A stretch of 64,000 nt of DNA from positions 577 to 64,576 of IMG/VR virus record IMGVR_UViG_3300050821_004987. One strand, given 5' to 3'. This DNA comes from a virus. Taxonomy: Duplodnaviria > Heunggongvirae > Uroviricota > Caudoviricetes. The notes below the pieces were generated by a model, which saw only the letters and a program-made list of their open reading frames with translations, searched no databases and was not told the DNA's origin. Shown here one piece after another: positions 36,787 to 44,999 of this stretch; the first letter of the stretch is position 1, and the number at the start of each line of letters is the position of its first letter. Position numbers and translations under genes: made by a program.

Positions 36787-36900
36787 GTTTGGTGCGGCGT
36801 GGTGAGCTGTGGTGTGGTTAGGCAAGGTGGTGTATGGTAAGGTTTGGTGTGGTGTGGTACAGTTGGCTAAGGTTGGGTCATGTTTGGTAAGGTGAGGTAA
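36786..36900 (+). repeat. In-phase GGTNN pentamer array 1 (23 units including leading AGTTT)
   Basis: agttt ggtgc ggcgt ggtga gctgt ggtgt ggtta ggcaa ... ggtaa ggtga ggtaa. Confidence 0.92.
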
Positions 36901-36909
36901 GGAGAAAAA

Positions 36910-37176
36910 ATGATAAAGGACGTGTACTTATTTACAGACGGCTCGTTGGCAGTCTTTGATGGGGCCGGGAAAGAAAGAGCAGATCTAGAAGGAAAATTGA
37001 CACCAGAGCTACAAGGGAAGATACTGGCTGAGTGCGAAGAAGGAACTCGGATTACGCTAGCTCGTTGGAAGAGAGGCTTCTTTGAGCTGACTAGAAAAGA
37101 GTTCGAAGGTACTTCTATGGTTGGTAGTCTACTAAATGTAAAATTCTGGATGCCAGGTGAAAAGAGCAGTGACTAA
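36910..37176 (+). CDS. Hypothetical protein
   Basis: AAGGAG RBS at end of array 1. Confidence 0.6.
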   Translation: MIKDVYLFTDGSLAVFDGAGKERADLEGKLTPELQGKILAECEEGTRITLARWKRGFFELTRKEFEGTSMVGSLLNVKFWMPGEKSSD

Positions 37177-38080
37177 GCAAATTGTAATTATCGACGGAAA
37201 GTGGTGTGCGTATAGACATCACTTCGCCCATTTGAAATTGAGTTCAGGTGGGAAGCCGACCGGTATGTTCTACGGGTTTCTGACTGAGCTGCTCAAGATT
37301 AACAAAAAGCTGCCAGAGGCTAGGATCATCATTTGCTGGGACGGAGAAAAGAAAACATGGAGGCATAAAGCGTATCCAGCCTACAAAGCAAATAGGGCTT
37401 TCAATCCTGAGTATGAGAAGATGCAGTGGCAGATACATCAGCTGATTCCGATTTTGCGATTGCTCGGATTATGGGTCCTCCAGCTAGATGAAGTAGAAGC
37501 GGACGATATGATCGGTATGGTGGCTAGTAACTTAGCCAGACATGGGCATGAAGTTCGAATTTTCTCAAAAGATCGAGATCTGTTTCAGCTATTGGATAAC
37601 AACGTATGGGCTTGGCACGATTTAGATCAGAAGCCTTTGAAAGTGAAGGATGTAGAGAGATGGCTTGGGGCTCCGATGAATGCTTTTTTAGATATCAGGG
37701 CGATGGCCGGAGATCCAGGTGATGGTTTGAAAGGGCTGCCCGGAGTTGGGCTAAAGACGGCAGTCAAGTTATGGAAGCAAGGATTGAGAGTGGTGGGTTT
37801 TTATGCATCGGGTTCTGCTTTAGTAAAGAAATACGATGAGCACTGGCGTAGAGTTTTCAAAGAAAGACAGATGGCAAAGATCATCACAGATCCGAGAAGC
37901 GAGGTATGGACGAAAGAGACAAGTAGTGTTTTGGTAGACTTACTGAAGAGAGTAGCTACCAGACCAGGAAGGGATGGTGAGTGGGCTGAGAGACACAGAA
38001 GAGAGATTTACGGGTTCTTGGGTCAGTACGAGTTGAAAGAGCTGTTAGCAGAGAGGCATAAGCTATTCAGGTTGCCTTGA
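37157..38080 (+). CDS. 5'-3' exonuclease/flap endonuclease (PolI N-terminal/T4 RNase H-like)
   Basis: IIDG, ICWDG, YKANR, EADDMIG, SKDRDLFQL, GDPGDGLKGLPGVGLKTA. Confidence 0.92.
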   Translation: MKRAVTKQIVIIDGKWCAYRHHFAHLKLSSGGKPTGMFYGFLTELLKINKKLPEARIIICWDGEKKTWRHKAYPAYKANRAFNPEYEKMQWQIHQLIPILRLLGLWVLQLDEVEADDMIGMVASNLARHGHEVRIFSKDRDLFQLLDNNVWAWHDLDQKPLKVKDVERWLGAPMNAFLDIRAMAGDPGDGLKGLPGVGLKTAVKLWKQGLRVVGFYASGSALVKKYDEHWRRVFKERQMAKIITDPRSEVWTKETSSVLVDLLKRVATRPGRDGEWAERHRREIYGFLGQYELKELLAERHKLFRLP

Positions 38081-38105
38081 CATTAGGGGGATTGTACTAT
38101 ATAAT
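38077..38105 (+). promoter_or_regulatory. Perfect sigma70 consensus promoter
   Basis: TTGACA (38077-82) - 17 bp - TATAAT (38100-05). Confidence 0.88.
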
Positions 38106-38127
38106 CTCGCAGGGGGAGACTCGACTA

Positions 38128-38685
38128 ATGGCAAAAAGAACGTGGAGTGAGACAGACGAAGTAATCATCGAGAAGTACAAAGGCATGATCTATCAGCTGG
38201 CTTTCAAAAGTTGGAGACAGCTACCAGCTTCGGTCAAGATGTGGGTAGAGCCAGAAGATCTGGTAGCTGACGCTTACGTAGCTATCCTGGCAAACGCAAA
38301 ATTCAGATACAGGAAAGCTCAATCGAGTGTTTCCACGTTTCTATGGATCGGAGTCTCTAACCTATTTCTGAATTTCGCACTCAAGCACCAAGTCAAAAAG
38401 AGAATGGGTTGGCGAGTACCACTGGAAGACATCGAGTGGTTCGGCAAGCCAGATACAAAGATAGCTGAGAAAGAAGCATTAGACGCGCTGGCCAGAACCT
38501 ACTACGAAGCGTCAGAGGACTGTCGGCAGAGAATCAAGAAATGGTTCGGTCAGGTTCCTGTGAGAGCCAAGAGATCAGAGAAAGAGAAGCAGTTCTACGT
38601 AGAGTTCTGTCAGCTAGCAAAGAAAAACGGGTTAACCAAGAACGACTGTCGGGAGCTGATGCGGGGTGGTGTTTGGATACCGTAG
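38128..38685 (+). CDS. Phage sigma70-family RNA polymerase sigma factor (region 2-like)
   Basis: IEKYKGMIYQLA, EDLVADAYVAIL, SSVSTFLWIGVSN resemble sigma region 2. Confidence 0.7.
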   Translation: MAKRTWSETDEVIIEKYKGMIYQLAFKSWRQLPASVKMWVEPEDLVADAYVAILANAKFRYRKAQSSVSTFLWIGVSNLFLNFALKHQVKKRMGWRVPLEDIEWFGKPDTKIAEKEALDALARTYYEASEDCRQRIKKWFGQVPVRAKRSEKEKQFYVEFCQLAKKNGLTKNDCRELMRGGVWIP

Positions 38686-38969
38686 GCAAGAAGCTGCTCT
38701 GGTGCTTGATCTGCGATGAGAAATTCTCACTAGAGGATATCGAGAAAGGAACCTACATAGCAGTCACCGGGATTTGTAAAGCCTGTTACCAGAAGATGGC
38801 CAAGGACGAGCAGACCTGTTTCGGAAAGAAGGAGGTGTATGACAAGACGACGCTCGAGTGCTCAACGTTCTGTCCAGACCGCCAAGTGTGCCCAGACTTT
38901 CAGAAAGGGAACAGCAAGGCAGAAAGCGTTCGAGTTTCTGAGCACAGCAAGGACATTGGAAGAGTTTAA
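38673..38969 (+). CDS. Cys-rich putative zinc-binding protein
   Basis: CLIC, CKAC, CFG...EC...CPD...C. Confidence 0.55.
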   Translation: MDTVGKKLLWCLICDEKFSLEDIEKGTYIAVTGICKACYQKMAKDEQTCFGKKEVYDKTTLECSTFCPDRQVCPDFQKGNSKAESVRVSEHSKDIGRV

Positions 38970-39099
38970 CAAATGGGCCAAACGAATCGGAGCCAATCCA
39001 CAGAACCTTTTGCGAGCGTTACGGAAGTCAGGTAAGCTGGTAGAGTATAATGGCATACTTTGCATGATGGCACATCCAGAATGGAGCAAACTAGTATGA
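38839..39099 (+). CDS. Small basic putative DNA-binding protein overlapping the previous ORF
   Basis: AAGGAGGT just before ATG 38839; FRKGTARQKAFEFL...GANPQNLLRAL; ATGA-coupled to next gene. Confidence 0.45.
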   Translation: MTRRRSSAQRSVQTAKCAQTFRKGTARQKAFEFLSTARTLEEFNKWAKRIGANPQNLLRALRKSGKLVEYNGILCMMAHPEWSKLV

Positions 39100-40136
39100 T
39101 GGGCGGAGCAAAGAACAGAGCAACACCAAGAAAAAGAGAAACGTTAGTTCTAGCGAACGGTCCACATCCAAAAATCGTACCCCAGACAGATGAGTTGCCG
39201 AGAATTCATCTATCTCACACAGTTGTGCACGCAAAGGAGCTGGAAGAAGAGTTCTTGAAATGCTCCGGTGTACGGTATCGCTGCTTTTCCTTCGTCTATA
39301 TAGATCCAGAAGCCATCTATTGGTCTTCGAGAGCGCTAGAGTCTTTCGAAGTAAACGTAGCTCACGGCAATCCAATCATGTTAGATTCCGGGGCTTTCTC
39401 ATTCCATATTTTCGCTCTCAAGAACAAGAACGTCGGCAATATAGAGAAGCTTAGAGAGAAGACGATCGAGCTGTATGTCCGCTTTGTCAAAAAGCACAGC
39501 AAAGATATTTCGTGGTGCGTTACGTTCGACTGGACGCAAGACGTTAGGGTGGTCTGGGGCGTCACCAAGATTCTGGAAGAACATGGGCTGAAGCCGGTGC
39601 CAGTCTATCACGGCGATGATTCGCTGGACTGGCTGAAGAAGTATCTCGACGCCGGTTATACCAGAATCGGTATCTCGAGTTTGGCCAGAAGGAAATCAGA
39701 CTACAAGAAGACCAGGTTCTATCTCGATCAGGTGTTCCGGGCTGTAGAGGGATATAAAGTGAAACTGCACGGATTTGCTGTAACATCTATTGCACTCGCT
39801 TACGCATATCCTTGGCATTCAGTCGACTCGAGCAGCTGGTCCAGGACGGCGTCGTACGGTGCGATTTATGCATTGGAGCCGGACAGGGGCTCAATGACAG
39901 CTCAGCATGTTTCGCTGACGGGTGGGCTGAAAAGCTCGACGAGATCAACGACAGAGCTTTCACCAGCAGCAATGAAGTCGATAAGGCAGCAGGTGGAGAA
40001 GAATGGGTTCGACTTCGAGTTGTTACAGAGATCGTTGGCCTATCGTTTCGTCTACAACGGATGGATCTTTGCACACATGAATCAGTGGAAGGACACTTTC
40101 AGAGACAGATACATGAAGATGGAGCCAATACTGTGA
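39096..40136 (+). CDS. dpdA: TGT-like 7-deazaguanine DNA transglycosylase (DpdA-like)
   Basis: MLDSGAFS, VTFD, PVPVYHG, KLHGFA, SVDSSSW motifs; adjacent to folE. Confidence 0.72.
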   Translation: MMGGAKNRATPRKRETLVLANGPHPKIVPQTDELPRIHLSHTVVHAKELEEEFLKCSGVRYRCFSFVYIDPEAIYWSSRALESFEVNVAHGNPIMLDSGAFSFHIFALKNKNVGNIEKLREKTIELYVRFVKKHSKDISWCVTFDWTQDVRVVWGVTKILEEHGLKPVPVYHGDDSLDWLKKYLDAGYTRIGISSLARRKSDYKKTRFYLDQVFRAVEGYKVKLHGFAVTSIALAYAYPWHSVDSSSWSRTASYGAIYALEPDRGSMTAQHVSLTGGLKSSTRSTTELSPAAMKSIRQQVEKNGFDFELLQRSLAYRFVYNGWIFAHMNQWKDTFRDRYMKMEPIL

Positions 40137-40777
40137 TAACGAAGAATCATTGGAAGAGAAAGAACGAAGAGCAAGTACGAGAGAATGCTGTATTTATGTT
40201 CAAAAGGGAAGTAGCCGCAAGTATCGCTGAGATCTTACAAAGTTTGCAGCGAGTCTCTCATGGGAAGGTTAGACGTTACGGTCCGAACTTCGAAGATACA
40301 CCAGAAAGAGTAGCTAGAGCCTATGCAGAAATTTTCGATGGGCTGTTTGATGATGGAACCAAACTAACCGAAATCCTTAGCAAAACATTTCCGGCTAAAT
40401 CAGATGAGATGATCACAGTGGGTCCGATCCAGTTGTGGTCGATGTGCCCACATCATTTTTTGCCCGTGATGATGCGGATTTGGATCGCTTACATCCCAAA
40501 GAAAAAAGTGTTGGGGTTGTCTAAGCTGGCTCGATTGGCTGAGTTAGTAGCCAAGAAGCCTGCTCTCCAGGAAGATACGACAGCAGAGATCGCTCAGTTA
40601 CTCCAGAAAGGTCTCCAGCCGAAAGGCGCCGCTTGTTTAATTCGTGGTCGTCATTTGTGCATGGAGATGCGTGGAGTGAAGAAAGAAGCTTGGACAACGA
40701 CGACGGCGTTGGAGGGAGCTTTCAAAGAAGCAACAGCACGGGCTGAGTTTCTGGCAGCTGTGAGAGGAGAACGATGA
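40133..40777 (+). CDS. folE: GTP cyclohydrolase I
   Basis: TPERVARAY, SMCPHHFLP, GLSKLARL, LQE, HLCMEMRGV; GTGA overlap with upstream stop. Confidence 0.93.
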   Translation: MITKNHWKRKNEEQVRENAVFMFKREVAASIAEILQSLQRVSHGKVRRYGPNFEDTPERVARAYAEIFDGLFDDGTKLTEILSKTFPAKSDEMITVGPIQLWSMCPHHFLPVMMRIWIAYIPKKKVLGLSKLARLAELVAKKPALQEDTTAEIAQLLQKGLQPKGAACLIRGRHLCMEMRGVKKEAWTTTTALEGAFKEATARAEFLAAVRGER

Positions 40778-40983
40778 TGAAGATGTCAGTCAGCGATTGG
40801 AATTTGCTGGTAACACAGAAAGATATGATAGAAGACTTATCAGCTGAGATGCCAGATGCTTTTCTTATGTGGGGACAGACGATGAAAGCCAAGATCCGAT
40901 GGCATGGAAAAGTTTTCTTCGCTACTGGATGGGCTCCACCGTCGGGAAAGCCTTACGTGGAGTTAGTGGAGCAATCAGCATGA
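40774..40983 (+). CDS. Hypothetical protein
   Basis: ATGA-coupled ORF. Confidence 0.5.
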   Translation: MMKMSVSDWNLLVTQKDMIEDLSAEMPDAFLMWGQTMKAKIRWHGKVFFATGWAPPSGKPYVELVEQSA

Positions 40984-41159
40984 GAAGAAAACAATTAGAG
41001 ATAAGCGACTTGGAACATTCTAAAGAGGCCTTGGTTAGAATGTTTGGAATCCGTGGGGAGATTTTCTTTAAGTTGATACAGTGCGAAGGAAAAGCTATCT
41101 GGATTCCAAAATTTGTGAATTCTTTGTTTATAGATTATGTCCTGAGAAGGAAGCGATGA
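40980..41159 (+). CDS. Small protein, weak Mor-activator-like pattern
   Basis: LVRMFG...EGKAIWIPK. Confidence 0.4.
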   Translation: MRRKQLEISDLEHSKEALVRMFGIRGEIFFKLIQCEGKAIWIPKFVNSLFIDYVLRRKR

Positions 41160-42253
41160 GCTGGGTAGAAGCCGATAAGAAAGCAATGATCACAGCTGTG
41201 GATGTGCTGAGTCTTGTTCCACAACGAGCCGGGATTCCTTCATCAGACTTTGTCCGAGTACTGACAAAAAAGAATGCAATCGAGATGTCACTTTCATCGA
41301 CGGTGACCGGTGTGGTTCGGGTTCCTTTGACCGATACATTGACGCCGGGACCATTTTTTGTCGACAAAGGATTATTTACAGCCTACATTCAAGCCGGAAA
41401 AAGCTGGAAGGGCAATTTCAAGATGGCTTTGACAGAAGATAAATGGTTGATCAGACAGGGCAGTCGTAAGGCAGACTTCTCGATGAGAAAAGAGCCAGTG
41501 AGTGGCTACGGAGTCTGGCGAGATCGAGACAAGTCGAAAGAGATAAAGCTATCAGAGGGCTTGAGAAAACTGCTACTGGCTTCGAATCACTGTTCGACAG
41601 CCGATCCAGCGTTGCCGCATCTAAATTGTGTCTACATCGGTGGCAAGTTGGTGCTATCGACGAATCTGATTTCACTATTCGTTGGAGTACGAGACCAAGA
41701 AGATGCATTGAGAATTCCATTTCCAGTCGGCATCATTCCGCTATTAGGTGACAGTCTGGTGCAAGCAGTTGGAGTGGAGAACGATCGAGTCATGCTGGAT
41801 TGTGGTTGTGGATTCATAGAAGGAACGATTTCGGCAGTAGCTCAGAAATCGTTTCCAAAGAAGGACGTAGTGGAGAAGATACAGAAAGGACGGACATGGC
41901 CACTACTCACCAGACTGCCAGCCGAGAAGCTCTCAAAGATGCTAGCCAGATTGGCCAGCTACTTGGGTGGAGTGAAGAGGGAAGACTGGATTGTGGAGAT
42001 GGCGATCGATCAAGGAGTAGTCAAAGCATCAGTACGAGTTCAGCAGGGAAAGTTCGAAGAGCAGATGGAGATTGAGAACGGGACAGTAGAAGGAACGATC
42101 AGATGGCCACTGGAGTTAGCTTTAGCAGTTGTTGATTACATGGCCCAGAATGGTGAGTGGATCAAAGTACGAGTGGACGAACAGAAGAATACACCTTATC
42201 TTCTATCCGGTGGTGGGGTGGAGATGATGGTGGCGAGACAGATTGGTAAATAA
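41156..42253 (+). CDS. dnaN: DNA polymerase III beta-type sliding clamp
   Basis: 365 aa; three-domain beta-clamp pattern including STADPALPHLNCVYI (cf. dpsRpvLnGv); replication context with DnaX. Confidence 0.68.
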   Translation: MSWVEADKKAMITAVDVLSLVPQRAGIPSSDFVRVLTKKNAIEMSLSSTVTGVVRVPLTDTLTPGPFFVDKGLFTAYIQAGKSWKGNFKMALTEDKWLIRQGSRKADFSMRKEPVSGYGVWRDRDKSKEIKLSEGLRKLLLASNHCSTADPALPHLNCVYIGGKLVLSTNLISLFVGVRDQEDALRIPFPVGIIPLLGDSLVQAVGVENDRVMLDCGCGFIEGTISAVAQKSFPKKDVVEKIQKGRTWPLLTRLPAEKLSKMLARLASYLGGVKREDWIVEMAIDQGVVKASVRVQQGKFEEQMEIENGTVEGTIRWPLELALAVVDYMAQNGEWIKVRVDEQKNTPYLLSGGGVEMMVARQIGK

Positions 42254-42402
42254 GTTTGGCATGGTAGGGTTTGGTAAGCTAAGGTGATGTATGGTGCGGT
42301 GATGTCTGGTGAGCTGCGGCATGGTCTGGTAAGGTAGGGTGAGGCGAGGTGAGGTCTGGTAATGTAATGTCTGGTAGGCTAAGGTCGGGTGAGGTAGGGT
42401 GA
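42253..42402 (+). repeat. In-phase GGTNN pentamer array 2 (30 units including leading AGTTT)
   Basis: agttt ggcat ggtag ggttt ggtaa gctaa ggtga tgtat ... ggtga ggtag ggtga. Confidence 0.92.
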
Positions 42403-42406
42403 AGAA

Positions 42407-42703
42407 ATGAGTTATCCAATTCTATTTGGACAAACTGAAGAGTTTCACGCAGCTCGTCGAAATCGCACACCGTATCCGGTTTCGTTTCCACGTGAGTTGC
42501 TTAAGGGACATGAAGAGCAAGCTCAGCATAATCATTCTCAGACTCTAGAACGCTTAGCAGAACGTGGAGGTCTGAGCCCTAAAGAACTTTGGTGCGTCGT
42601 ACATGATACGGATTTTTACGGTCCACTTGGAAGAACGATGACGGAAGCAAAAGCAATTGAGTGGCTAGGAACTATAGAGGATGTTGTTTGGCGAGTTCCA
42701 TGA
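42407..42703 (+). CDS. Hypothetical phage protein
   Basis: HEEQAQHNHSQTLERLAERGGLSPKEL. Confidence 0.65.
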   Translation: MSYPILFGQTEEFHAARRNRTPYPVSFPRELLKGHEEQAQHNHSQTLERLAERGGLSPKELWCVVHDTDFYGPLGRTMTEAKAIEWLGTIEDVVWRVP

Positions 42704-44580
42704 AATTTCAAAACGTGTTGCAGTTCGACGAGAACAAAAAGACTTTCGATCCTGTGCCCGAAAAGGGTGAGCGAAAGCCAAGGAAAGATCAGAATCGTGG
42801 CTGTGGTTTCTGTCCTTTGGATAAGATCAAAGGGCTGAAGAAGATCAAGAATCTGGACAAGCTACAGGGTAAGTCAATCATGATCTGGGCTCAGAATCCA
42901 GGCTCAGAAGAAAACAGATTAGGGAAAGAACTAGTGGGTCCAGCTGGTAAGTTTCTTTGGGAGCATGCAGCGTCGGTTGGGTTAACGAGAGAGATGTGCG
43001 ATATACAGAATGTAGTCCGCTGCGCTACAGTCTCAGAGAACGAGTTCGAGCAGTGGGAGTTCCATAATCCAACGAAGGAAGAGCTACACGCTTGCTCGAT
43101 CTATACAGAAGAAGCTTTGGAGAAGGTGCAAGGTCAGACTAAAGTACATATTGTCTTCGGACAGGTGGCTGCGAAAGCTCTTCTCAAAGGCGAGTACCGG
43201 AAGGATCAGAAGACTTTCTATTCAGAAAAGCTGAAGGCTTGGGTCATTCTTACTTATCATCCCAGCTACTTCTTACGAGGTGCGCCGAGATCAAAGATTA
43301 AGGAGTTCCGGGAAGCGTTGGCGATAGCAGTAGAGAAGGCAAAAGGTGCGACTGGGAAATTTTCCTACATTCAAAGTCAAGAGTATGTGACATTGGGTGC
43401 TCGTGCTTTGAAGACTGGGCTTGATGAGCCGATAAGGGTGGCAGCTGCAAAAGGAATTGTTGTATCTGTAGATATAGAGGATGGAACAAACGCTGAAGGA
43501 AAGAATGTAATTGTGTATGTTGGCTTTTCATGGGAGAAAGGAAAATCAAGAGGAGTTTTCTTTGACCATCACGATCTGAAAAATACACCAGACGAACAGC
43601 AAGCAAAATTTCATTTCGTATCAGATCTTCTGACAGATCCGAAGATCAAAAAAGCATTTCAGAACGGAGTCTACGATGTCTGGAAGTTAGAGAAGCTATG
43701 GGGTGTTAAGGTCAAAGGCTTCGTACACGATACGATGCTTTCGGAGTATTTGAGATTCTCCGGTCGTAGAGCCTTCGGGTTAGAAGCGACAGCTGATATC
43801 AGGTTCAGAGAGTTCGCCGGGTACAAAGATATTCTAGATCATTACAAGGACGAGAAGACCGGGCTGGTAAACTTCTGGACCGTGCCGATGAAGATCATCC
43901 GGGTCTACAATGGCGCGGACTGTGATTTGACGAAGAGAATTCAGAGGAGCAACAAAGGGAAGGTAAACGAGGCGCTGCTAAAAGTTCTCATTTTAGTAGC
44001 TCCAGTGCTGGCGAAGATGGAGTTGGAGCGTGGTCCGTTACTAGACTTTCAGCATGCCGATCTACTAGATACCTGGCTACCGATCAAGATAGCCTCGCTG
44101 AAAAAAGAGTTACAGAAGCTGGCTGGATATAAGTTCAATCCAAATTCACCACAACAGGTAGTCAAGATCATTTACGACGAATTGAAGCTGGGCAAGCATC
44201 TGGATGCCGAGTGGAAGAAAGATTTTCCTAGATCAACAAACAAAGAGACGATGGCCTTACTAGCAGACTTCCATCCATTTCCAAAACGGTTGACCGAGTT
44301 TAGGAAGATAGCAAAAAAGAAATCGACGTATCTCGATGCTTACCGTCGATCGGCTACATTACACGGTGGACGGGTCCGGACGAAGTGGTGGCTAACTGGT
44401 ACGATCACTTGTCGGCTCAGATCGGGTGGAGAGAAGGTGAAAAAGAAAGGAGAGCCTTCGGATAAGTCAAAAGGCATTGTAAATTTGCAAAACATCCACG
44501 GTGCTGAAGAAATAGAATGTTTATTGGTATCAGACTTGAGGTGGCGAGACCTATATAAAGAATGGAGAGAACAGCAATGA
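42700..44580 (+). CDS. polA: Family A DNA polymerase, N-terminal part: UDG-like domain, 3'-5' exonuclease and first part of polymerase domain
   Basis: CGFCPL, NPG..E, NVVRC, TYHPS (family-4 UDG-like); DIEDG, QNGVYD, HDTML, YNGAD (Exo I-III); FNPNSPQQ, ST.KE, GTITCRLRS, NLQNI. Confidence 0.9.
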   Translation: MKFQNVLQFDENKKTFDPVPEKGERKPRKDQNRGCGFCPLDKIKGLKKIKNLDKLQGKSIMIWAQNPGSEENRLGKELVGPAGKFLWEHAASVGLTREMCDIQNVVRCATVSENEFEQWEFHNPTKEELHACSIYTEEALEKVQGQTKVHIVFGQVAAKALLKGEYRKDQKTFYSEKLKAWVILTYHPSYFLRGAPRSKIKEFREALAIAVEKAKGATGKFSYIQSQEYVTLGARALKTGLDEPIRVAAAKGIVVSVDIEDGTNAEGKNVIVYVGFSWEKGKSRGVFFDHHDLKNTPDEQQAKFHFVSDLLTDPKIKKAFQNGVYDVWKLEKLWGVKVKGFVHDTMLSEYLRFSGRRAFGLEATADIRFREFAGYKDILDHYKDEKTGLVNFWTVPMKIIRVYNGADCDLTKRIQRSNKGKVNEALLKVLILVAPVLAKMELERGPLLDFQHADLLDTWLPIKIASLKKELQKLAGYKFNPNSPQQVVKIIYDELKLGKHLDAEWKKDFPRSTNKETMALLADFHPFPKRLTEFRKIAKKKSTYLDAYRRSATLHGGRVRTKWWLTGTITCRLRSGGEKVKKKGEPSDKSKGIVNLQNIHGAEEIECLLVSDLRWRDLYKEWREQQ

Positions 44581-44999
44581 TCCTCAGTGGACGAGATCTG
44601 AAGTGGTACATCGAGACCGGAAAGCTAAAAATAATTCCAGTTAGAGATGATCAGTTTCAACAGAATGGGATCGACTTGATTTTGGACGAAGTTAAGCCGA
44701 TGGTCGGTATATTCTCATTGGGTTGTACAAGAGAAGTACTTGAGCTCCCAGATGATTTGATGGCCTTTGTCGAGTTGAGAAGCTCGTGGGCAAGGAAAGG
44801 ATTCTTTCTTCCACCAACGATCGTAGATGCCGGGTTCAAGGGAAATTTGACGCTGGAGATGCTCTCGTTTATGGTTCCACCACAAGAGGCGATTGGAGAG
44901 CGCTTTGCTCATTTGATCTTCGCCAAGACGACCAGTCCTTGTGAGCCGTACAGAGGGATGTACACAGATCAGAGAGGGATTACGGAGTCAAAGCTATGA
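44577..44999 (+). CDS. dcd: dCTP deaminase (trimeric dUTPase superfamily)
   Basis: MILSGRDL, QQNGIDL, LRSSWAR, TIVDAGFKGNLTLE, YRGMY..QRG. Confidence 0.85.
   Translation: MILSGRDLKWYIETGKLKIIPVRDDQFQQNGIDLILDEVKPMVGIFSLGCTREVLELPDDLMAFVELRSSWARKGFFLPPTIVDAGFKGNLTLEMLSFMVPPQEAIGERFAHLIFAKTTSPCEPYRGMYTDQRGITESKL

Noticed and set aside
44517-44580. Split intein at the end of the PolA N-part (C-L-L-V-S-D...DLYK resembles short IntN pieces)
   Set aside because: The Cys aligns with normal PolA sequence after NLQNI, and the C-part begins directly with polymerase sequence with no IntC or HN-C/S/T junction.
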